The notes under the pieces were generated by a model. It worked only from the letters and a program-made list of their open reading frames with translations. It was not told where the DNA came from and ran no database searches. A stretch of 18,036 nucleotides of DNA from Fastidiosibacter lacustris. Lineage in GTDB: Bacteria > Pseudomonadota > Gammaproteobacteria > Francisellales > Francisellaceae. The DNA is taken from the NCBI RefSeq assembly GCF_003428155.1, contig NZ_QLIR01000027.1:1-18036 (forward strand), given 5' to 3'. The position numbers and the translations under genes were made by a program. Positions 6,424-13,920 of the stretch are shown one piece after another; position 1 is the first letter of the stretch, and every line of letters begins with the position of its first letter.

Positions 6424-7647
6424 ATGCGCCTAACAAGCAAAAAAGATTTAACTTCATCGTTTGATGAATTTTCAGAAATTGTTCCTGGTGGTTTTTATTG
6501 GTTTGATTTAAATCATAAATTAATGGCAATAAATTCATTTGCTCTAAAAACTGGTAATGCAAAACTTAGCGATGTTATAGGTAAAACTCCGATAGAAATG
6601 CACCCAAAAGAAATGGCAGATGAAATCATCTCAAACCATAAGCAAGTAATTAAGACAGGCAAACAATTACACTGTCAAGAAAGAATACAGGATTTTAAAA
6701 CTGGAAACACTGTTTTTTTTGATGTTGTACTTTCACCATTATTCGATGAAAATAACGAAATATTTGGTGTTTGTGGTATTTCAACTGACATCACCGAACG
6801 CAAGCGCCTTGAAGAAGAAACCATCCGCCAGAAAAACCAACTTGAGAAAAAATTAGAATATCAAAAGAACTATCTTAAAGCTTATGGGTATGATTACGTG
6901 GACGCACTTAAAAAAATTTCTGATGCCCTTGAAAATATTGAAAAACGACTAATGAAGTTGGATATACCAACTGGGGTACGCAGTCAACTTAATGATGAGT
7001 TTTATACAATAAACGAAAGTTTGTCCGATATATATTCTCTGTATCAAAAAATCAACACATCAATATTAGATCAAGAACACAATAATGATGAAGTAGAAAA
7101 AAATGAGATGCCTCTTAACTTGGAAGATTTAGTTGAAACAGAAGTCAATTTAGCCAATTCATCTATTAGTGCTGAATTTGATCTGAATGTCTCCTTTGAA
7201 ATCGACGAAAAATCAAGACAAAAGCTTTATATCGATTATAAAAAAGTTCGTCACATTATCCGTACTTTATTTGCGAACTACACTAAAGCAATCAATAAGG
7301 AAGGTAGGAAAAAAGACATTCAGTTAACTATTACTGCTGAAGAGGGTATACGAGATAAATTGTATGTTACTTTTGAATTTGATGGCAATATGCCATTTCT
7401 AGAATTAGAAAATGATAATATCAGAGCAGAGCATCTTGTATATCAATCTCAAACCCATATTGCTAGCGATAAACATAACTTTGCTTATGATCTTTCCTTA
7501 GCGAAGTATTATGCTGACTTGCTCTGTGATGGTGAAGAATTGAATGATTCCTTATTTGAAGGTTCAAGGTTCTCATTCACTTTGCCATTTCGCAAAGCGA
7601 CTAACGATGGCAAAGAAAAAAAGTTTAAGCCAACGCTTGTGGAATGA
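6424..7647 (+). CDS. PAS-domain protein with degenerate HisKA/HATPase-like core (pseudo-histidine kinase)
   Basis: The PAS region ends in ISTDITERKRLEEE, followed by a coiled coil. At the H-box position it reads YLKAYGYDYVDALKKI, with no His. N-box-like FANYTKA and the tail GSRFSFTLPF are retained, but G1 (FEFDGNMPF) and G2 (YDLSLAKYY) are degenerate. I chose ATG 6424 over the tracked TTG 6418 because AAGGA at 6413-6417 lies 6 nt upstream of it. Confidence 0.7.
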   Translation: MRLTSKKDLTSSFDEFSEIVPGGFYWFDLNHKLMAINSFALKTGNAKLSDVIGKTPIEMHPKEMADEIISNHKQVIKTGKQLHCQERIQDFKTGNTVFFDVVLSPLFDENNEIFGVCGISTDITERKRLEEETIRQKNQLEKKLEYQKNYLKAYGYDYVDALKKISDALENIEKRLMKLDIPTGVRSQLNDEFYTINESLSDIYSLYQKINTSILDQEHNNDEVEKNEMPLNLEDLVETEVNLANSSISAEFDLNVSFEIDEKSRQKLYIDYKKVRHIIRTLFANYTKAINKEGRKKDIQLTITAEEGIRDKLYVTFEFDGNMPFLELENDNIRAEHLVYQSQTHIASDKHNFAYDLSLAKYYADLLCDGEELNDSLFEGSRFSFTLPFRKATNDGKEKKFKPTLVE

Positions 7648-7805
7648 TAGTTTGTTAAGTCTCCGTTTAGAGTATACCTTAACTTGATGTCAGGCAATAT
7701 CAATATACCTGTCAGATTTAAGTTGGTATTTATTTTAGTTGACAGTTTAAATGCAACCTCTTAGGCTCTAAACTGGCAATGTTTAACAAAAAATATATAA
7801 TTCAT

Positions 7806-7824
7806 CAGCGAAACTCAGTGAGTT
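7806..7824 (+). repeat. Copy A of an exact 19-bp direct repeat CAGCGAAACTCAGTGAGTT (contains palindrome AACTCA-G-TGAGTT)
   Basis: Read directly. It is identical to 9888-9906, and the flanks diverge immediately on both sides. Confidence 0.95.
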
Positions 7825-8074
7825 GAATTTTATGAGCAAATAATCAATTGCTATCAATTTGAGCCTAATAGAACTGTAAAAATATTCAAAACTGAGCTTG
7901 CTAATAGTGATTTAAACTGTTTATTTGTTTGTTTTTAGATCAGATATTTTGTACGGATGTGTAAAGTCATCCCAAACCATATGAGATGTTTAGCTGCTTA
8001 AAGATTAAATGATTTGTGGAGGAGAGTATTCATTTTGCCTTAAATGAAAGCACAGCATATGCTCCCAACTATCA

Positions 8075-8116
8075 ATTGACATCCTCCCCTCCCTAAAGGA
8101 AGGGGAGGATGTCAAT
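8075..8116. repeat. GC-rich perfect hairpin (16-bp stem ATTGACATCCTCCCCT / AGGGGAGGATGTCAAT, 10-nt loop)
   Basis: Read directly. It lies about 30 bp upstream of where the SHMT-like reading frame opens (8146). No U-tract follows on either strand. Confidence 0.9.
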
Positions 8117-8145
8117 AGGTCTCATTATCGGTCGTCAACTTGTAA

Positions 8146-8748
8146 ATCGGCGTTGATATTATTCATGGCAGTACTCATAAAACATTTCCAGGACATCAAA
8201 AGGCAATTATCGCCTTTCATTCTGATTTTCATCAAGATGATGAGGATAAAATTAGGCATAGCGTTTCGCCAGGATTGCAATCAAAATCAGGTACAGCGGA
8301 AATGATGGCATTAGCTTATGTCTTTTGTGAAATGAAAGTACATGCTGTGGCTTATGCTAAAAGTGTGTGTGAGCATGCACAAATTATGGCAAAACATTTG
8401 ATTGAACAGAGGGTTGATGTTTCAGGTCATCGATTTAACTATACCCAAACACATCAGGTACGGTTACCAATGAAATCAGAACGCTATACATGGGATGTCT
8501 TTGCTCAATTACATCAGGTAGGCATTCGTGTCTTACCAGCGTGGTTGCCTTTTGAAAGTAGCTGGGGCGTTCGATTGGGAACAAATGCACTGACAAGACG
8601 AGGATTTGTAGCAGAAGACTTTTTAACAACTGTTGATTGGATTACCTGCGTTATTAAAAATAAAACAAATATTAAAAACATAAGAAAGGAAGTGGATGCG
8701 CTTGCAAATAAGTATCCTCTGACACAATTGAAATATACGCTGATATAA
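8146..8748 (+). pseudogene. 5'-truncated serine hydroxymethyltransferase-like (fold-type I PLP) gene fragment
   Basis: The frame is open from 8146, upstream of the tracked TTG at 8275. GVDIIHGSTHKTFPG matches the SHMT PLP-lysine motif (THKT). SPGLQSKSGTAEMMALA and GVRLGTNALTRRGF match the FPGxQGGP and GIRIGTPAxTTRG regions. The roughly 200 N-terminal residues are absent. Confidence 0.6.
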
Positions 8749-8807
8749 CTATGTCGAAGTATCGAATAAGTTTTTTTAAACTGTTTTTACCATTAGGGTG
8801 ATAAGAG

Positions 8808-9850
8808 ATGCATAATATTCAATATGATTTATTTAGTGATACCAATGTGAATCCCTATTATGCTATGCGTCAGATGATGAGTCGAGCAAAAGTTGGTAAT
8901 GAGGCAGCAGGGGAAGATCCAACCGTGAATTTACTTTTGGCACGGGTTTGTGAGTTACTGGGAAAGCCGGCGGCCGTTTTTATGCCAACCGGAACTATGT
9001 GTAGTGGTGTTGCTTATCGGGCTCTCTGTCAACCTGGAGAGAGAATTATTATTGAAAAAACTGCGCATCCATTGAAAATATGGCATCGGGGATGATTGGT
9101 GGGCTAGTTGGTGCTCAGCCACAGATCATTGAAGGAGTACGGGGAATATTCAATGTTGATCAGTTAAAACAGGCTGTGGGTCTTAATAGCGGATATAATA
9201 TTGCTAAAGCAACGGTTGTTTCAATAGAGCAGACAACAAACCTTGGTGGTGGTGCCGTTTGGTCATTGGAAACTATTAATAACATCTGCGAATATACACA
9301 TCATCATGGGCTTAAAGTACATATGGATGGTTCAAGACTTTTAAATGCGTGTATAGCAACAGGCATTAAAGCCAGTAGCTACTGTGAACATGTTGATTCA
9401 GTATCGATTGATTTTGCTAAAGGTCTGGGTGCCCCGATGGGCTCGGTTCTTGCCGGAAGTCAAGCATTTATTGATAAAGCTTGGTTTTATAAATTCCAGC
9501 AAGGCGGTGTTATGCATCAGGCAGGATTTATGGCTGCTGCCTGTATCTATGCGCTTGATCATAATATTCAACGATTGAGTCAGGATCATGCCAATGCCAG
9601 TTATTTTGCAGAGCGCTTATCTCAGCATCATGACATAGAGGTTATGACTGTCGAAACCAACATTGTTATTTTCACCCTAAACAGGCGAGACTCTTTTGAT
9701 GCGTATCAACTGCATCAAATACTTCTGCAAAAAGGTATCAGACTTTTAGCCTTAAATGATCGACAATTAAGGGCAATTTTTCACATGGATATACAAACTA
9801 AAAGTATCGATAAAATTATTAAAATCATTATCGGAGTATTACCAACATAA
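8808..9850 (+). pseudogene. Low-specificity threonine aldolase-like (Beta_elim_lyase family) gene with one frameshift
   Basis: Two ORFs (8808-9095 and 9080-9850) together give a full-length aldolase: DLFSDTN, VGNEAAGEDPTVN, GKPAAVFMPTGTM, TAHPL | ASGMIGGL, and PLP-lysine SIDFAKGLGAP. The frame switches near 9072-9082 at an A4 tract. This could be a true mutation or a sequencing error. Confidence 0.75.
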
Positions 9851-9887
9851 TAGCCAGGTAAAGTATCTGTTTTAGCCCTTATGCAAC

Positions 9888-9906
9888 CAGCGAAACTCAG
9901 TGAGTT
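9888..9906 (+). repeat. Copy B of the exact 19-bp direct repeat CAGCGAAACTCAGTGAGTT
   Basis: Identical to 7806-7824. It lies at or inside the proposed left end of the IS6-family element. Confidence 0.95.
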
Positions 9907-9952
9907 ATTAGTCATAGTATTAATAACACTTATCTTATTGGGTCAAATTTCT

Positions 9953-10662
9953 ATGGACTTAAGCACTAAACCGAAACGCCATCGTTATCCTATCGAAATC
10001 ATTAACTCGGGAGTATGGTCATATCATCGATTCAATGACAGCTATCGCGATGTTGCAGAAAGACTAGCATTTAGAGGAATTCAAGTTAGTCATGAAACGA
10101 TTAGAAAGTGGTGCAATAAATTCTCAAACACTTTTAGTGATTTTATTAAAAAACAGCAACGTGAACCAACAGATAAATGGCATCTAGATGAGATGAACAT
10201 TACAGTAAATGGTGAGTATTTTATTCTCCGGCATGCAGTTGATTCCGAAGGATTGGAGTTGAATATCTTTGTACAAAAGCGTCGTAATAAAAAAGCAGCT
10301 ATTCGTTTTTTAAGAGGTTTACTTGGAAATTATCCTGACCCGAGAGTTTTGATTTCAGATAAGCTATCAAGTTATACTAGACCAGTTAATAATATGATAG
10401 CAAATACTGAGCACAGATCACACAATGACTTAAATAATCGCGTTGAAAATGCTCATCAAAACCGACGTGAAGAAAGGAGAACTCTCTGGTAAAGTTTAAA
10501 TCCCCTAGAGGTGTTCAGCAAACTGTTAATCTCATGGGCAAAGTGCGTAATATTTTTGCCATTCCAGTTGGTAGATATAAGAATTCCGCTAAAGAGCAAC
10601 GTTATCAATTTAAGTTGGCAAAAAAGATGTGAAATCTAGCAGCACAAAATATTTGCGCCTAA
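9953..10662 (+). pseudogene. IS6-family DDE transposase, frameshifted with an in-frame stop
   Basis: MDLSTKPKRHRYPIEIINSGVWSYHRFNDSYRDVAERLAFRGIQVSHETIRKWCNKF, DKWHLDEM and NNRVENAHQ are typical of IS6/IS240. The frame breaks near 10465-10485, and the C-terminal VKFKSPRGVQQ... continues in another frame to TGA 10630 (probably an ex-TGG) and then to TAA 10660-10662. The tracked start at 9881 is probably read-through from the IS end. Confidence 0.75.
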
Positions 10663-10816
10663 AATTTATAATTCTGATCATGATACATCATGCAAAAGTT
10701 AAGTTGATGGTGCGTTTTTAGTTACGATTAATTACAAAATGTATCAATAGTAGTAATTGCCTTACACCCACATGTAGAGTTAATATCAAGCCGGTTTAAC
10801 AAAACAGGAGTAACTA

Positions 10817-11119
10817 ATGAAAAATTTAGCTAATAAGTTTGTCCTATTAACAATGTTTCTTGGAGTGTGTTCGGTTTATGCCTATTCGCATAAAGATGTT
10901 AAATTAGTGAATATCACTGACAGTATTATGGCAAAAGAATCGGTGTATAGAAAGATTAAGGATAATAATATACAGTTAACCAAAATATCAGATTTGTATA
11001 ATCAGGCGGTTCAAAAACTTTATGAGGAAAATGTTAGTACAACATATGTTGCGTCTGATGGAATCGTGCTTTATTTAAACAAAGATTTAGTTATAACAAG
11101 TTTAATACTTGATTATTAA
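10817..11119 (+). CDS. Hypothetical small secreted protein (100 aa)
   Basis: AGGAG lies 6 nt upstream of the ATG. The N-terminal signal-peptide-like segment is MKNLANKFVLLTMFLGVCSVYA. No family was recognised. Confidence 0.5.
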   Translation: MKNLANKFVLLTMFLGVCSVYAYSHKDVKLVNITDSIMAKESVYRKIKDNNIQLTKISDLYNQAVQKLYEENVSTTYVASDGIVLYLNKDLVITSLILDY

Positions 11120-11143
11120 TTTACAGGAAGGCAATGGTTAATT

Positions 11144-11362
11144 ATGAAAAATATTTGTAGATCATTTATCTTATTTAATTTTGTATTATTTTCAATAGGA
11201 TTAGCTGCTGAAGATGTTAAAATTCAAGAAAAGAAGTCTTTACATTTTTGCACAACTGATTTGGAATTATCAAAAAATGATGGAAGGAATCCTTCTAATC
11301 TAGCAGATGATAACTTTAAAGTTCTTGCTTTAAACGATAAATGTAGCGGCTCGCTTTCATAA
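11144..11362 (+). CDS. Hypothetical small secreted protein (72 aa), 3' end possibly remodelled by the transposon insertion
   Basis: Signal-peptide-like MKNICRSFILFNFVLFSIGLAA. The last codons (CSGSLS-stop, 11341-11362) lie in a visibly GC-richer stretch that leads into the transposon end repeats. Confidence 0.4.
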   Translation: MKNICRSFILFNFVLFSIGLAAEDVKIQEKKSLHFCTTDLELSKNDGRNPSNLADDNFKVLALNDKCSGSLS

Positions 11363-11366
11363 TCAC

Positions 11367-11495
11367 CCCGACCCGCTTTTATCGCTCAAAGTGGGACCAC
11401 ATTAATTGACTCTATAAATATTTTCTGACCCACATTAAATGACTTTATAAATTTCTCGACCCACATTATTTGCATCTGGGACCACATTAAATGAT
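11367..11495 (+). repeat. Transposon terminal array: four direct copies (plus one degenerate) of a 19-bp motif with core GACCCACATTAAATGA, putative transposase-binding sites
   Basis: R1 11392-11410 TGGGACCACATTAATTGAC. R2 11426-11443 TGACCCACATTAAATGAC. R3 11457-11474 CGACCCACATTATTTGCA. R4 11477-11495 TGGGACCACATTAAATGAT. Degenerate R0 is at 11367-11385. All copies share one orientation, have irregular 20-34 bp spacing, and lie directly upstream of the resolvase/transposase operon. Confidence 0.8.
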
Positions 11496-11519
11496 TTTAT
11501 CCAGTGCGCTTAAAGTGTC

Positions 11520-11539
11520 AGAAAAACCCTCGTTTTTCT
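11520..11539. promoter_or_regulatory. Palindrome AGAAAAAC-CCTC-GTTTTTCT between transposon end and resolvase gene, candidate res subsite
   Basis: Read directly (8-bp arms, 4-bp spacer). Its location between the end repeats and the resolvase start is where a res site or resolvase promoter would be expected. No functional evidence. Confidence 0.25.
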
Positions 11540-11652
11540 TGTAATTGCATATCCCCACAATATTTTATTGTTCACCAATAAGATTACCCGTTGAGAAAAT
11601 CAAAGCAAAGTGATATAGTTTTTGCAGTGTTTTATTGTGAGTTTGTCTTATC

Positions 11653-12279
11653 ATGTTAGTTGGTTATATTCGTGTTTCTAAATCAGATGGTAGTCAGGTC
11701 TTAGATTTACAGAAAGACGCCCTATACAAAGCTGGTGTGGAAGTGGACTACATGTATGAAGATCTTGCCTCTGGGCGCAAAGATGATCGCCCAGGCTTAA
11801 TCGCTTGTTTAAAAGCTTTACAGCCAGGCAACACACTTGTCGTTTGGAAGCTTGATAGACTTGGTCGCGACATGAAACACTTAATAAGTGTAATTGATGA
11901 TTTAAATCATAAGAAAATTGGGTTTAAAGTGCTAGCAGGTGCTGGTGCTGAAATTGATACGACAACGGCAAATGGACGTCTAGTATTTGGCATTTTTGCA
12001 GCCTTAGCAGAATTTGAACGTGAACTAATCAGAGAGAGAACTCAAGCAGGACTGGCTGCTGCAAGAGCCCGAGGTAGAAAAGGCGGGCGTCCTCGTAAGA
12101 TGGATATTCAAACTTTAAAAATGGCAATGTCCGCTATGTCTGATCGAAACTCAATTGCACATGAAATTGCCAAACGCCTAGGAATTACAACTACAACACT
12201 TTACGCCTATGTTAATGGTGATGGAACACCTAAAGAACTGGGTAGTAAATTGCTGAATAAAGTAGACTCTAATGGCTAA
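11653..12279 (+). CDS. Serine recombinase (resolvase/invertase family)
   Basis: N-terminal catalytic motif MLVGYIRVSKSDGSQ (Ser9), DRLGRD, and GRLVFGIFAALAEFERELIRERT. The C-terminal HTH is IAKRLGITTTTLYAYV. The stop overlaps the next ATG (12272). Confidence 0.9.
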   Translation: MLVGYIRVSKSDGSQVLDLQKDALYKAGVEVDYMYEDLASGRKDDRPGLIACLKALQPGNTLVVWKLDRLGRDMKHLISVIDDLNHKKIGFKVLAGAGAEIDTTTANGRLVFGIFAALAEFERELIRERTQAGLAAARARGRKGGRPRKMDIQTLKMAMSAMSDRNSIAHEIAKRLGITTTTLYAYVNGDGTPKELGSKLLNKVDSNG

Positions 12280-13903
12280 ATCACTTCCCACTGAGCAATT
12301 AATCATCTTGCATAATAAAATGTCTATGTACGCAGCAAGAGATCCAAAAAGAAAGCAGTTGGTATGTGATTTTGCTAATAGCTTTGGGGTGTCTGAAAGC
12401 ACTGTTCGACGTCAATTGCGTGAACATATTCATTTTTCAAAGGTTTCTCGACTAGATAAAAACACACCAAGAGTTATTTCTAAGTCAGACATGTTGCTTT
12501 ATTGCAGAGTTATTGCTGCTTTAAAGCTTCGCACATCAAACAAGAAAAATAAACATTTATCAACTCAGCAGTGCATCAAGATTCTTGAAAATTATGGTGT
12601 TGAAACAGCTGAAGGATTCGTAATATCATCAAAAGGACTTTTAAAGAAAACAACCATAAATAGATATTTGAAAAACTGGGGGTATGATCCAACTTCTATG
12701 AAAGTTGAACCAGCAGTGGTTAGGTTTGAAGCCGAAAATAGTAATGACTGTTGGCAATTTGATTTTACGCCTTCAGACTTAAAGAAAATTTCTGCTAATA
12801 GCTCTAAAAAGCTATTCATTGCTAATGTTACTGATGATAAAAGTGGTATGTTGTATTATGAGTACGTTGAATCAGACGGTGAAGACGTGCTTACCGCATT
12901 GAAATTTTTATTTAATGCAATGTCTGCAAAGAAAATAGAAGGTATGCCATTTCAAGGGATCCCCAAAATGATCTATACGGATAATGGTGCTTTTGCAAAA
13001 AGCGCATTGTTTAAACGTGTTCTAGATGCCTTGGGAATTCAACTAAAGAAACACTTACCAAAAAATAAGGATGGGCGACGAACAACTGCCCGAGCAAAAG
13101 GAAAGGTTGAAAGGACAAATCGCACGATAAAAGAATCCTTTGAGCCTTTATTCCATTTACATCAACCAGAAAGCCTTGAGCAAGCCAATTTATGGGCGAC
13201 GAATTATTTGCGTCAATATAATCAGTCATCACATCGATCTGAGGATTGTAGCCGAATAAAAGCATGGTCAAAATTTTTACCCGCTGAAGGTTATAGAGAA
13301 ATGTGCTCTTGGGAAAAGTTTTGTCAAATTGTGCGCGATCCTGAATTAAGACGAGTTGCTTCAGATGGTTGCGTTAGTGTTAATGGTGTCAAATACCAAT
13401 TATCAACTGAGATGGCTGGATTAGAAGTAACTTTGCTACATGGCATGTTTGACAATGAGCTTCATGTTGAGTTTAACAGTGAAACACATGGACCTTTTTA
13501 CCCATTTTCCGGTCCAATTCCCTTACATACCTATAGGTCACCTCCTAAGAGCAAAAGAGAAAAGACAGCAGATGAAATAGCTAGCTTAGCTGAAACGCTT
13601 TCTGTACCAATATCTGTTATGTCTAACAGTAAAGATGATAGCATCCTCAAAAGCCTAGAAGCTTCACATGTTACTGATTGCCAAATTACATCAATACCAT
13701 TTAGAGAAGATAAGAAAACAACTTTTCAAAACAGATTAGAGGCAAAAAAAGCAATTGCTAAATATTTGAATAGACCATTGGCAGAATTAAGAGATGAGCA
13801 ATTAGATCATATTAATATGTTAGTTCAGGAGTCTCTAAATAAAGAGTTTTTACTCTCGAAAGTAAAGCAATATTTTTCTTTGTCAATTGCACAGCTTGAA
13901 TGA
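12272..13903 (+). CDS. Mu/TniA/TnsB-type DDE transposase (rve integrase core, 543 aa)
   Basis: DDE triad candidates are D164 (CWQFDFTP, codon 12761-12763), D237 (MIYTDNGAFAKS, 12980-12982) and E280 (KGKVERTNRTIKE, 13109-13111). There is an N-terminal HTH-like region and a Mu-transposase-like C-terminal beta region (VSVNGVKYQL). Confidence 0.85.
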   Translation: MAKSLPTEQLIILHNKMSMYAARDPKRKQLVCDFANSFGVSESTVRRQLREHIHFSKVSRLDKNTPRVISKSDMLLYCRVIAALKLRTSNKKNKHLSTQQCIKILENYGVETAEGFVISSKGLLKKTTINRYLKNWGYDPTSMKVEPAVVRFEAENSNDCWQFDFTPSDLKKISANSSKKLFIANVTDDKSGMLYYEYVESDGEDVLTALKFLFNAMSAKKIEGMPFQGIPKMIYTDNGAFAKSALFKRVLDALGIQLKKHLPKNKDGRRTTARAKGKVERTNRTIKESFEPLFHLHQPESLEQANLWATNYLRQYNQSSHRSEDCSRIKAWSKFLPAEGYREMCSWEKFCQIVRDPELRRVASDGCVSVNGVKYQLSTEMAGLEVTLLHGMFDNELHVEFNSETHGPFYPFSGPIPLHTYRSPPKSKREKTADEIASLAETLSVPISVMSNSKDDSILKSLEASHVTDCQITSIPFREDKKTTFQNRLEAKKAIAKYLNRPLAELRDEQLDHINMLVQESLNKEFLLSKVKQYFSLSIAQLE

Positions 13904-13920
13904 TATATAAGGAGATTGAA

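Larger units (their letters stand above)
9883..10713 (+). mobile_element. IS6-family insertion sequence (about 830 bp, boundaries tentative), transposase inactivated
   Basis: The size fits IS6/IS26-type elements. The candidate imperfect ends are GCAACCAGCG... on the left and ...GATGGTGC on the right (reverse complement GCACCATC...). I found no flanking 8-bp duplication. Confidence 0.5.

Noticed and set aside
6424-7647. Annotating the PAS protein as a functional sensor histidine kinase
   Set aside because: The phospho-acceptor His is absent at the H-box position, and the G1/G2 nucleotide-binding boxes are degenerate on visual alignment. No cognate response regulator is nearby.
7509-7703. Minus-strand 64-aa ORF overlapping the end of the PAS/HK-like gene
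   Set aside because: It is antisense to a well-supported CDS, with no recognisable motifs or ribosome-binding site.
8075-8116. The GC-rich hairpin as a Rho-independent terminator
   Set aside because: No T/U-rich tract follows the stem on either strand, so a canonical intrinsic terminator is unlikely. It is kept as an unexplained structure.
8435-9589. Short ORFs 8435-8629 (-), 9384-9578 (+) and 9398-9589 (-)
   Set aside because: They are embedded in alternative frames of the SHMT-like and threonine-aldolase-like genes, whose own frames carry clear family motifs.
9881-9952. ATG 9881 as the start of the IS6 transposase (N-terminal MQPAKLSELLVIVLITLILLGQIS)
   Set aside because: IS6-family transposases begin close to the MDLSTKPKRHRYP-type sequence. 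The extra hydrophobic extension runs through the IS terminus and the 19-bp repeat, so it is most likely spurious read-through.
11392-11495. The four direct repeats as a possible mini-CRISPR array
   Set aside because: The repeats are only about 19 bp and imperfect, the spacers are irregular (about 1-15 bp between copies), and no cas genes are present. Their position next to a DDE transposase operon fits transposase-binding sites.
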